Assembly (NCBI GenBank): GCA_034521025.1
Contig: JAXHMZ010000003.1
Location: 79,726-143,725, forward strand
Source: Candidatus Campbellbacteria bacterium
Lineage (GTDB): Bacteria > Patescibacteriota > Minisyncoccia > Phycocordibacterales > JAXHMZ01
Reading direction: 5' to 3'
DNA length: 64,000 bases
Position numbers and translations under genes: made by a program. Position 1 is the first letter of the stretch; each line of letters starts with the position of its first letter. The notes beneath the pieces are model-generated. The model saw only the letters and a list, made by a program, of their open reading frames with translations, was not told the DNA's origin and made no database searches. Below are positions 8,509-17,488 of this stretch, piece by piece.

Positions 8509-9798
8509 TTATAGAAATGATAGGGGGTTTAGATAGCCCGTAGGATCAGACAGAGGCAACCTGTAGACCGCTCCGGAGCATCCCCTGCTCGGCATAGTTG
8601 TTACTTGTACTCCGCTAGTAGCATACACCGTAAAGTGAAGATGAGGTCCGGTAGAATATCCCGAATTTCCTGAATATCCTATCACTTCTCCCTTCTTCAC
8701 CGTCTCTCCCTTACTTACAGATATTCGGGATAGATGAGCGTAGAGAGTTGAAAGATTGTTGTTATGTCTCAAGAGGATCCAACGTCCATAAGAAGCTCCT
8801 CTGCAAGTCTGGTCAGTATTACCCGTATCGACAACCACCCCACTCTCCGCGGCTTTTACTCCGGTGCCCATACCAACTCCAAAATCAATTCCGTTGTGAC
8901 CTCCCCCACTATATACCTGCGGGTTAGACGTAGCGAAAGCTGTATTGCCAAAATATTGGGTAATATTGACATTATCTACAGGCCAACCAAGCACACCAGG
9001 CCTTGCCGAGGGAACGGAACCCGGATCTACATTCAAGTTCAACTGGCTTTCTAGCTCCTGTATTTCAGCCTCAAACGCCTGCTTACGCGCCTTTCTTTCC
9101 CTTAGCATTTTTTGATATTCAGATTCTTTATTTTCTGTAACAGCTAGCAGTTGCGATTGTTCTTCTTTGTTTTCTACAACCAAACCGGCTTTGGCTTCTA
9201 GTTCTCCGCGCAAGGCCAATTGCTCCTCGCGCAATTCTTCTTGTTCTTTTCGTTTGTCTTCGAGCTCATTCTGTAATTTTGCCAACTCGTCTATGCTAGC
9301 CGAAACAGATTTCTGAAAAGCAAACAGAGAGTCCATCTCTCCCCAATAGTCCGAGAGATTGTCGTGACGCAGCATGGCTTCCACTAGAGATTTGTCACTT
9401 TCCTGCTGAACGGACTTTAATGTTTTAGAAATAGCATCTTTGTTCAGCTTAATATTATTTTTGACTTTAGATATTTCACCTTGCAATTCCTCGATAGCAT
9501 CCTCAGCCACCGCTATTTTTGACTCCACTAGCTCAATGTCTGCGTTTAATTTTCTTTCTGAGATCCTAAGTGTCTGTATGGTATTTTCAAGTGTTTGCTT
9601 TTCTTTACTAAGTGTATTGATCTCCGATTGGTACTCGGCTATTTCTCGCTCCAATCTTTCTATATTCTCACTACGCTGCTCTATTTTTTCTTTTATTTCT
9701 TCTTCCTCTTGAGCATAAACAGACAAACCTATTGAAGCTAAAAGCACAATAAGAGAAAAGAGTAAATATTTTGAAAATAGATATAGTTTACTTTCCAT
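8509..9798 (-). CDS. M23 family peptidoglycan endopeptidase with long N-terminal coiled coil (EnvC-like architecture)
   Basis: 429 aa; signal/TM, about 230 aa heptad-rich coiled coil, C-terminal LytM/M23 motifs (HNGIDF..., GNSGYSTGPHLHF). Confidence 0.85.
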   Translation of the reverse strand: MESKLYLFSKYLLFSLIVLLASIGLSVYAQEEEEIKEKIEQRSENIERLEREIAEYQSEINTLSKEKQTLENTIQTLRISERKLNADIELVESKIAVAEDAIEELQGEISKVKNNIKLNKDAISKTLKSVQQESDKSLVEAMLRHDNLSDYWGEMDSLFAFQKSVSASIDELAKLQNELEDKRKEQEELREEQLALRGELEAKAGLVVENKEEQSQLLAVTENKESEYQKMLRERKARKQAFEAEIQELESQLNLNVDPGSVPSARPGVLGWPVDNVNITQYFGNTAFATSNPQVYSGGGHNGIDFGVGMGTGVKAAESGVVVDTGNTDQTCRGASYGRWILLRHNNNLSTLYAHLSRISVSKGETVKKGEVIGYSGNSGYSTGPHLHFTVYATSGVQVTTMPSRGCSGAVYRLPLSDPTGYLNPLSFL

Positions 9799-9803
9799 TA
9801 TTA

Positions 9804-11144
9804 TTAGATATTCTTCTTGGCCTTTTTTAGGCGCTCTACTGTCTTCAGTTTACCGAGAACTGAAGCAATAGTAAATGGATCAAGAGACTGCTCTTTACCA
9901 GAAAGAGCTACTCTCATGGGCCAAAGCACCTCTCCTCTTCCCTTTTCTGTAGCATATTCCCATACTGCATTTTTTATAAACTCTGGTTTTTCATAAGAAT
10001 CTAGTGATTCTAATAGATCGATCAATTTATCTAGGTGTGATCTGGTCTGCTCTGAAGGCGTGTCTTTCCAGTTTATTTTTTCTGGGTCTATCTCGGGAGA
10101 GCTCAATAAGTAGTCATACTCCCCTTCTGATGCTAGGCCTATAACATCTTCAAAGACTTCGGTCCTCTCACAAATTGCTTCTCTCAAGCTCTCACTTTCT
10201 TGTATTAATTCATAAAGCCCTTCCGGCAGATCATTTTTTCTTGATTTGAGAAAATTCATTAATTTGGTATCTCTTTCTTCTTTGGAAAGCAATTTTATGT
10301 GCTCTGAATTAAACCAGCGCAACTTTTCAGTTGAAAATATTGCACCGCCTTTTTGTACCCTATTAATATCAAAAAGATCTATCAATTCCTCTGTTTTAAA
10401 CACCTCCTTTTCTCCTCCTGGATTCCACCCCAAAAGAGCTAGGTAGTTCAAAATGGCTTCTGGCAAAAAACCTTGTTTCTGATATTCCGTAATCGAAACT
10501 GTCCCGTAGCGTTTAGACATTTTTGAACGATCTGGGGCTAATATCATCGGAATATGGGCATAAAAAGGACGCTCAACACCCAAAGCTTCAAGAATGAGTA
10601 TTTGCCGCGGAGTATTTGAGATGTGGTCTTCTCCGCGAATAATATGCGTTACGCCCATCTCCTTATCATCAACTACAACCGCCAAATTATACAGGGGCTC
10701 ATTTTCACTTTTGGCTATCACAAAATCACCCAATTCCGTTGTGTCAAAAGAAACTTCTCCCCGTATTATGTCCTCAAATCGAATAGATTTGTTAGGGTTT
10801 TTGAATCGAATGACGCTCTGACGTTCGCCCGAGGGTTCTTCAGACACATAAGCGCATCCGGAATCTATGAGCTTTTTGATGTATTCTTGATATATTTCTG
10901 TGCGTTCTGATTGCTTATATAACTCATCATAATAGATGCCAAGCCATTCAAAGCCGCTCAAAATATCTTCTTCAAATTCTCTCTTAGATCGTTCTGTGTC
11001 CGTGTCCTCAAGACGTAAAATAAATTTGGCACTATTTTTTCTAGCGTAAAGGAAGTTAAATAGCGCGGTGCGCACACTACCTATGTGTAGTGGACCAGTT
11101 GGTGACGGAGCAAACCTAACTACATTTTGTTGTTCTTTGGTCAT
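9804..11144 (-). CDS. gltX: glutamyl-tRNA synthetase
   Basis: 446 aa; PSPTGPLHIGSVRTALFN (HIGH), KMSKR; class I GluRS. Confidence 0.95.
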   Translation of the reverse strand: MTKEQQNVVRFAPSPTGPLHIGSVRTALFNFLYARKNSAKFILRLEDTDTERSKREFEEDILSGFEWLGIYYDELYKQSERTEIYQEYIKKLIDSGCAYVSEEPSGERQSVIRFKNPNKSIRFEDIIRGEVSFDTTELGDFVIAKSENEPLYNLAVVVDDKEMGVTHIIRGEDHISNTPRQILILEALGVERPFYAHIPMILAPDRSKMSKRYGTVSITEYQKQGFLPEAILNYLALLGWNPGGEKEVFKTEELIDLFDINRVQKGGAIFSTEKLRWFNSEHIKLLSKEERDTKLMNFLKSRKNDLPEGLYELIQESESLREAICERTEVFEDVIGLASEGEYDYLLSSPEIDPEKINWKDTPSEQTRSHLDKLIDLLESLDSYEKPEFIKNAVWEYATEKGRGEVLWPMRVALSGKEQSLDPFTIASVLGKLKTVERLKKAKKNI

Positions 11145-11157
11145 AAAAAATATTACT

Positions 11158-12294
11158 TTATTTCTCTTGATGCTTCATTCCAACATCAAATAAGGCGCGA
11201 GCTATTTTATCAGCGGCATTCTTCTTGGCAAATTTTAAAGCTGCTTCTCCCATCTGTTTGCGTATGGAGTCGTTAGAAAATATAGTATTAATTTGGGATA
11301 ACACTATATTTGAAGTTAAGTTATTTTCTTCGATTACAATACCCGCGCCATTATGAGTATAAGCATAAGCGTTAGTTCGCTGATGATCTCCGTTGCTAAC
11401 ACTTATGGGGACAACGATGGACGGTATGCCCCACAGAGCTATTTCGAACAAAGAGGATCCGGCTCTAGTGATCACAAGATCGCTCGCAGCGGCCGCGTGC
11501 CTGAGGCTATTTGCGTCCAAAAATGCTACTGGCTTATAGCGTTCTTTGTGTTCACTGTACTCAAGAATGATCTCTTTGGTACGCTCGATTTCCTCAAAGT
11601 TACTCGGCCCAGTTTGGTGTATTATTTGATATTTTTTAACCATCCTGGGTAATACATTTAAAACTACATCGTTGATACGCTGAGCCCCCTGCGAAGCTCC
11701 CGTGACTAATATGGTCGGAACATCGTTATCTAATTCAAAAAACGACAGACCTTCGTCCTTTGTAGGTAAATCAGTAATATCTTGTCTTACAGGATTGCCG
11801 GTGTAAGCAATTTTTTCTTCTGGGAAAAACTCTGCGGCCTGCTCATAAGAAACCGCCACTTTCTCGGCAAACTTTCCCGCCCACTTGTTAGCCCGTCCGG
11901 GACGAGAATCAGACTCGTGTACAATCACCGGAATTCCAAAGAAGCGAGCGGCAACCAGCACGGGGAAACTAGTATAGCTTCCCTTCGAAAAAACTACGTC
12001 TGGAAATACCCTATACATACGCCAGATAGCTTGTAGTATTCCCCACCCCATTACAAACATATCAAGAAAATTTCGTATCCTGCCATATCCTACCCTTCTT
12101 TTTCCTGCTACCACCTTACGAAATGAAATATCATTATCAAATAATAATTCTTCGTCATACTTCGCAGGGCCAAAATAATACATTTTTGGTTTAATGTATT
12201 TTTCCTCGTAGGCCAATTTGGTTAGGGATTCAGCTACGGCAATTATTGGAAAGAAATGACCTCCCGATCCGCCTCCTGTAAAAACTATTTTCAT
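11158..12294 (-). CDS. murG: undecaprenyldiphospho-muramoylpentapeptide beta-N-acetylglucosaminyltransferase
   Basis: 378 aa; GGGSGGHFFP glycosyltransferase 28 N-terminal signature. Confidence 0.95.
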   Translation of the reverse strand: MKIVFTGGGSGGHFFPIIAVAESLTKLAYEEKYIKPKMYYFGPAKYDEELLFDNDISFRKVVAGKRRVGYGRIRNFLDMFVMGWGILQAIWRMYRVFPDVVFSKGSYTSFPVLVAARFFGIPVIVHESDSRPGRANKWAGKFAEKVAVSYEQAAEFFPEEKIAYTGNPVRQDITDLPTKDEGLSFFELDNDVPTILVTGASQGAQRINDVVLNVLPRMVKKYQIIHQTGPSNFEEIERTKEIILEYSEHKERYKPVAFLDANSLRHAAAASDLVITRAGSSLFEIALWGIPSIVVPISVSNGDHQRTNAYAYTHNGAGIVIEENNLTSNIVLSQINTIFSNDSIRKQMGEAALKFAKKNAADKIARALFDVGMKHQEK

Positions 12295-13406
12295 GAATTT
12301 TGTTTAGAGTATTTTGACACGTTTAAAATTATTCCAACGCTGCCTAAGGCTGTTAACATAGCCGTGCCACCGTGGCTAATGAACACAAGCGGCATACCCG
12401 TAAGCGGTGCCAAACCTATCATAGCTGCGATATTAATAAATGATTGAGACGATATAAGTATAACAAGTCCAAGAACTAACAGTCTAGCGAATAAATCCGG
12501 GGCTCTTATAGCTATAATAAGACCACGATAAGTAAAAAGCGTAACAAGGGCTATGATAATTACTCCCCCTATAAAGCCAAACTCCTCAGCGGCAACGGCA
12601 AAAACGGAGTCGCTTATGGGCTCTGGTAAAAAACTGAATTTTTGAATACTCTGTCCGTAGCCACGCCCAAAAACGCCACCTGACCCAACCGCGATCAGCG
12701 ATTGCTGTATCTGATAGCTTTCATCCATAGTGTTTTCAGAAGGATTTAGGAATGTGTCGATCCTCTCGCGCGCATATGGAAACAGAAAAAGCATAGCGAT
12801 CAGAACAGGTAATAAAATCGTTAAAAGCAGCGCTATATGTTTCGCCCTTGCTCCTGAAGTTATGAACATAGCGAACATAGTTATAGCTATAACTACAAGC
12901 GTTCCGATCTTTGGCTGCAGAATCAAAAGTAACCCAGATATACCAAAGATAATCAAGAGCGGTATAACCGCGTATTTAAAGTTAGCTATATTTTTTTTAT
13001 GTTTTGCGATCAATGCCGCATATAGAATTACGACCGCAATTTTGTACAAATCCGCGGGTTGAAACGACAAGGGACCCAGATATATCCACCTGCTCGACCC
13101 ACCGTGAAGAAAACCTACGTTCGGCAAAAGCACCACTGCCATCAGTATTGTCGAAATTACAAAAATTGGCATTGCCATTCTACGCCAAAATGTATAAGGA
13201 ATGTTTGAAGCAATAATTAAAAAAATAAAACCAGACAACACTCCAATGATCTGTGTTTGCATCACGGAAGAAAAAGTTGCACCGTCGCGCGCGTAGAGAC
13301 CCAGCGCAGCAGACATAAATACAAAAAACCCGAATAGTACTGTCGTTACTACTATAGCCAAAAACCACCTATCAGCTCTTTTTTTGGGTTTCAATGCTTT
13401 ACTCAT
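12291..13406 (-). CDS. ftsW: SEDS-family peptidoglycan glycosyltransferase FtsW
   Basis: 371 aa polytopic membrane protein, FtsW/RodA family, located between mraY and murG. Confidence 0.9.
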   Translation of the reverse strand: MSKALKPKKRADRWFLAIVVTTVLFGFFVFMSAALGLYARDGATFSSVMQTQIIGVLSGFIFLIIASNIPYTFWRRMAMPIFVISTILMAVVLLPNVGFLHGGSSRWIYLGPLSFQPADLYKIAVVILYAALIAKHKKNIANFKYAVIPLLIIFGISGLLLILQPKIGTLVVIAITMFAMFITSGARAKHIALLLTILLPVLIAMLFLFPYARERIDTFLNPSENTMDESYQIQQSLIAVGSGGVFGRGYGQSIQKFSFLPEPISDSVFAVAAEEFGFIGGVIIIALVTLFTYRGLIIAIRAPDLFARLLVLGLVILISSQSFINIAAMIGLAPLTGMPLVFISHGGTAMLTALGSVGIILNVSKYSKQNS

Positions 13407-14473
13407 AAGCCGCCCACCAAAGCAATAACAGTTCCAAAAATAGAGCTAAGAATGGTTATGATCCAAAAGCGCATTGTCACCTTATAGCTCGGCCAACCAA
13501 TCGCTTCAAAATGGTGGTGTATGGGCGCGACGAGAAATATCTTTTTACCTCCTCTCAATTTCTTTGAGACTAACTGTAAAATGACAGAACCGGAAGCTAA
13601 AAATAACGGCAGAGCAATAATGGGCAGAACCAACACTTGATCGGTTAGAAACGCAACTACGGTCAGACATGTCGTGAGACCGATTATTCCAGTTTCTGTC
13701 ATATAAAAACGTGCGGGGGGTATATTAAACCACAAGAAAGCTAAAGTACCCCCGGAAACGACTGCACTAAAAGCTGCTAGGTCGATTTGATTCTGAAAGA
13801 ATGCAATAACTGCATAGGAAAAAAATACCGTGGCTATAATTCCCCCGGCCAATCCATCGATACCATCAATAACTCCACCAGAAAACAAGGCGACCATCAC
13901 TAGTGAGAAAAACGGTATAAACAAAAGCCCCAGACCAAGATCTCCCAAGAATGGTATCGCTATGGACGATACATCGAGTTTAAAAAAGAACCACGAACCG
14001 ATAAGAAGTCCCATCAGAGCGATTAGAGGTATACGTACTCGCAACAGAGACAGACCGCCACCCACATAACCACCAGACGCGGAAACAGTAAGAAGGTCAT
14101 CTAAAAGCCCCAGTAAGGATCCCAAAATAAGAGTCACAAACGGTATCCAGGTTTGATTACGTGACAAAAAATTAAGTTTTTCTGCCAATGTGTCCGGAAA
14201 GATAGCTCCCAAGGTCGCGAAAATAAAAACAGTAACCAATACTGACAACCAAATTATTATGCCTCCCATGCGAGGAGTACCGGTGTCCTTTGTTTTGTGG
14301 AGCTTGTTGAATATAGGCGTATCCCCTCCTGTTATAGAGCCGGTATTACCGGATTTTTTCTTCCACATTTTATTGGCATACAAAAAATCAGAAATGAATG
14401 GCGCCAATATCATACCGATCGAGAAAGCCGCCACCGTGGGAATAAATACTTTTATTACATCAAGAACGATCAT
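13403..14473 (-). CDS. mraY: phospho-N-acetylmuramoyl-pentapeptide transferase
   Basis: 356 aa; MraY family motifs, polytopic. Confidence 0.95.
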   Translation of the reverse strand: MIVLDVIKVFIPTVAAFSIGMILAPFISDFLYANKMWKKKSGNTGSITGGDTPIFNKLHKTKDTGTPRMGGIIIWLSVLVTVFIFATLGAIFPDTLAEKLNFLSRNQTWIPFVTLILGSLLGLLDDLLTVSASGGYVGGGLSLLRVRIPLIALMGLLIGSWFFFKLDVSSIAIPFLGDLGLGLLFIPFFSLVMVALFSGGVIDGIDGLAGGIIATVFFSYAVIAFFQNQIDLAAFSAVVSGGTLAFLWFNIPPARFYMTETGIIGLTTCLTVVAFLTDQVLVLPIIALPLFLASGSVILQLVSKKLRGGKKIFLVAPIHHHFEAIGWPSYKVTMRFWIITILSSIFGTVIALVGGL

Positions 14474-15513
14474 ATGTTTTTATAATATTCTTTAGTCGTC
14501 TGTAATAATTTTTCCACATCACTAAATCGACCTTCATACGTAGAACCGAGTACTACTATCACTACCGGCCTCATAAATCCAGCATCTACAGCCACAGCCA
14601 GGTTACCTCCTGCTTGTTTTGTGTATCCGGTCTTAGAGGCAAGCAATCCCGTAAGAGAGCTAACTGCATCATTAGTATTAGCGACCTCGAGGGTTCTTCC
14701 GCTCTGAGAAGAAACGGAGAGATCAGTATATCGGGTACTAAACATCGTATCCGATGATTCCAAAACCATATGTGAAAATAATTTAGATATATCTTTAGGA
14801 GAAGCCAAGGCGCCGGCTTTAGTTTCGTTATTGAGATCAAGGCCTGTAACATTGTAAAATTCGGCATTTTCCAAGCCAAGCTCTTCCGCTTTTTCGTTTA
14901 CTTTATCAATAAAAATATCTAACGACTCCTTTTCCAAATCCTCGCTAACTTTTACATATTCTCCGGCTGTTTTTGCTATAGCAAAGGCGGCATCATTTGA
15001 GGAACTAACAAGGGCTACATCAGAGATTTCTCTGAAGCTCCACTTTTCACCTAAGCGTAAGTTACTGTCACCTTCAACATCTAATGCGTCTCTGCCGATC
15101 ATCACTACATCATCCTCTGACAAAATGTCTTGGGCAGTGGCAATGGTCATTACTTTTGTGATAGAAGCAATAGGCATTGGAGTCTCTGGATTTTTTTCAA
15201 ACAATACTTCTTCATTATTAAGGTCGTAGACATATATACCTTCTGCCTCTAACTCCAAGTCAGAAAAAACCTCTTCCCTTTCTCGCTCTTCTCGATTTGC
15301 CAAGATCTGAGATTGCATCTTTTGTTCATTTTCTTCGACTAAGTCTTTGTCATTTTCTATAACCGCCGCCTTCTGCTTTTGCATATTATTAACAAAAACC
15401 GAAGAGACTAACACCACGAAAGCAACTACAGTTAGCGTCGCAAACACCGTCATCGTTCGATGGCGATATAATAATTTTTTATAATTATCGAGAAATTTTT
15501 TCATATTAAACAA
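14470..15513 (-). CDS. D-alanyl-D-alanine carboxypeptidase (low-MW PBP, S11-like)
   Basis: 347 aa; N-terminal TM, SITK (SxxK), SSN (SxN) motifs. Confidence 0.85.
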   Translation of the reverse strand: MFNMKKFLDNYKKLLYRHRTMTVFATLTVVAFVVLVSSVFVNNMQKQKAAVIENDKDLVEENEQKMQSQILANREEREREEVFSDLELEAEGIYVYDLNNEEVLFEKNPETPMPIASITKVMTIATAQDILSEDDVVMIGRDALDVEGDSNLRLGEKWSFREISDVALVSSSNDAAFAIAKTAGEYVKVSEDLEKESLDIFIDKVNEKAEELGLENAEFYNVTGLDLNNETKAGALASPKDISKLFSHMVLESSDTMFSTRYTDLSVSSQSGRTLEVANTNDAVSSLTGLLASKTGYTKQAGGNLAVAVDAGFMRPVVIVVLGSTYEGRFSDVEKLLQTTKEYYKNI

Positions 15514-15524
15514 GACAACACCAC

Positions 15525-16055
15525 CTATGAATCTTCTTCATTTTCATTTAAAAAGTTAATTAGAGCTTGACGGTGATTTTTATAGTCCGGCAACGATTCT
15601 TCTGACTCCAGCCCCATAAATTGTAACAGTTTTACAGTAGGATTATACACTACTTTTTCACCTTCTCGTGATTCCCTGATCAAATCTCGAGCCCGTAAAG
15701 TGCGTAATATCTTGCGTGAGTCCACTCCTCGCAACAAATCAATGTTTTTCTTTTCGATTGGCGCCATATATAAGATAACAGAGATAGTATCCATAGCAGC
15801 TTGAGAAAGTGGCGTTGTAAGTTCCTTTTTTTGTAATGCTTCAACTATGGGCGAGATCTCCTTGATCGCAACTAAAGTGACCCGGTCTTTTTCTCGAAGC
15901 AGTTTGATACCTCTATTTTTAAGAGAAAGCTCTAGGTCTGCCAGTGCCTCCTCAACCTCATCTTGGTCTCTTGAAATTAATCGAGAAAGCTCTCCTATTG
16001 TATAGGTTTCTCCTGTTGCAAAAAGTAGTGCTTCTATTATCTCTTCAAGTCTCAT
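15525..16055 (-). CDS. scpB: segregation and condensation protein B
   Basis: 176 aa; winged-helix ScpB family. Confidence 0.9.
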   Translation of the reverse strand: MRLEEIIEALLFATGETYTIGELSRLISRDQDEVEEALADLELSLKNRGIKLLREKDRVTLVAIKEISPIVEALQKKELTTPLSQAAMDTISVILYMAPIEKKNIDLLRGVDSRKILRTLRARDLIRESREGEKVVYNPTVKLLQFMGLESEESLPDYKNHRQALINFLNENEEDS

Positions 16056-16066
16056 AGTTATTTAGC

Positions 16067-16798
16067 TCACGAATAGTTCGGCACTCTTACTTCTTGGTGC
16101 TTTAGTTTAATATCTCCATTCGAAGAAGTTTGCTCCGCCTCGAGGAAACCTTGTTTAACCAATTCCAGAAGAGCTACAAAGTGTACGACCACATCTCTCC
16201 TTGAAGATCTGCCGATACTCGCAAATTCTCTAAAGCTGAGTGCTATATGCTTTTTGATTCTACTAGAAAGACTTTCTAAAACATCTTCTAGGCGCACTGT
16301 CTGCTCCATAGTAACCCTTTCGGGAAGGTTTTTTTGAGGCAAGTGATCTCGTACATTCTTTATCGCTTCCTCCAGAGTTCTCGGCGCAATATTGTCATCC
16401 GGTATAAAATGTTTTTGGCTACTCTGTGGCACTCGACGTCTTAAAAAAACATTTTTTCCGTAAATACCCGCAAGTTGGTTGGACTTTATTCTTATTTTTT
16501 CAAAAGCTTCTAATCGTCGGGTTAGACTTTCTGTGGACTCTTCTTCCTCGGGGGTAAGTTCAAAGTTAGGCAGAAGAGATTTTGATTTTATCAGAAGTAG
16601 CGTAGTTGCAACGGAAATAAAGTCTGCGTCTTCTTTCAACGACCGTTCCTGTTCTCTGATAACGCTAAGAAATTCCTCGGTAATGTCTGCAAGGGCTATG
16701 TCGCTAATGAACACCTTTCTTTTCTGTACCAACTCCAACAAAAGCGGCAAAGGACCCTCGAATGCACCAGTTGAAATAACAAAAGCATTATCACTCAT
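16067..16798 (-). CDS. scpA: segregation and condensation protein A
   Basis: start taken at internal Met (MSDNAFVISTGAFEGPLPLLLELV...), because longer ORF start would lie within upstream terminator hairpin. Confidence 0.85.
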   Translation of the reverse strand: MSDNAFVISTGAFEGPLPLLLELVQKRKVFISDIALADITEEFLSVIREQERSLKEDADFISVATTLLLIKSKSLLPNFELTPEEEESTESLTRRLEAFEKIRIKSNQLAGIYGKNVFLRRRVPQSSQKHFIPDDNIAPRTLEEAIKNVRDHLPQKNLPERVTMEQTVRLEDVLESLSSRIKKHIALSFREFASIGRSSRRDVVVHFVALLELVKQGFLEAEQTSSNGDIKLKHQEVRVPNYS

Positions 16799-16848
16799 AC
16801 ATACACTATAGCTTTTTTTGCCTTTTCTTTCCATCCTGCAAACAAAAA

Positions 16849-16890
16849 GCCGTCTCTTGCAAAAAAGCAAGAAACGGCTTGGCTCTAGTA
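16849..16890 (-). terminator. intrinsic terminator ending the Cys-rich small-protein transcription unit
   Basis: minus strand AAGCCGTTTCTTGC-TTTTTT-GCAAGAGACGGCTT followed by TTTTGTTTG. Confidence 0.65.
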
Positions 16891-17130
16891 AAACTGGTCG
16901 GGGCGCATTTGCCTGAAGCAGGATTCACAGAAAATCTCCTCTTCTTTGCCAACTCCTTTCGTAGAATAGAGAAATTCTCCGACGTTTGAGCAACCCCTCG
17001 TAGCGCAGACAGTCTCTGAGTTACTTGGTTCTCTTTGTATCTCCTTATCACTGCCTTTACCCACTTCACTAAGCAATCGACGGAACCGTCTGTAGTCATT
17101 CAAAGGAAACCTCTCGTGGTATCTCGGCAT
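16885..17130 (-). CDS. small Cys-rich hypothetical protein (zinc-ribbon-like)
   Basis: 81 aa; C-x4-C ... FCESCF; strong SD (ACGGAGGATAA-ATG); ends just before terminator. Confidence 0.5.
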   Translation of the reverse strand: MPRYHERFPLNDYRRFRRLLSEVGKGSDKEIQREPSNSETVCATRGCSNVGEFLYSTKGVGKEEEIFCESCFRQMRPDQFY

Positions 17131-17150
17131 TTATCCTCCGTTAAGGTTAC

Positions 17151-17429
17151 TCAGAACTCAGCGTGTAAGCTCTCATCGGTAAACAAGCCTGATTTTACTG
17201 CGCACTCAATGCAGAAAAAGTGTGCAACGTTAGCTTCTCTGATGAATAGTACGAACTGGCATGCACGGGCGGGCTTATCGTATGGAGAGTCACTTCTTTT
17301 TCCACAGTGAACGCACGGACGGTATTTTACTCCGTCAACTACAACGACCTCATCAAAGTGTCCAGTTCTTTCATTGAAAACCCAGTCGTCACCTTCGTTT
17401 TCTCCGTGGGGTTTAACCATTCTGATCAC
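17151..17429 (-). CDS. small Cys-rich hypothetical protein (zinc-ribbon-like), paralog-like to 16885..17130
   Basis: 92 aa; CVHCG ... FFCIECAV; strong SD (AAGAGGTGAT...ATG). Confidence 0.55.
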   Translation of the reverse strand: MIRMVKPHGENEGDDWVFNERTGHFDEVVVVDGVKYRPCVHCGKRSDSPYDKPARACQFVLFIREANVAHFFCIECAVKSGLFTDESLHAEF

Positions 17430-17488
17430 CTCTTCTTTTTCTGGAACGAACTTCCTACTTGTGATTATACTTATATTTTAGATATTAG

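Noticed and set aside
16806-17099. 97-aa minus-strand ORF overlapping 16885..17130 in another frame
   Set aside because: It spans the intrinsic terminator hairpin (16849-16890), is K/R-rich and junk-like, and the alternative frame gives a Cys-motif protein that ends cleanly before the terminator.
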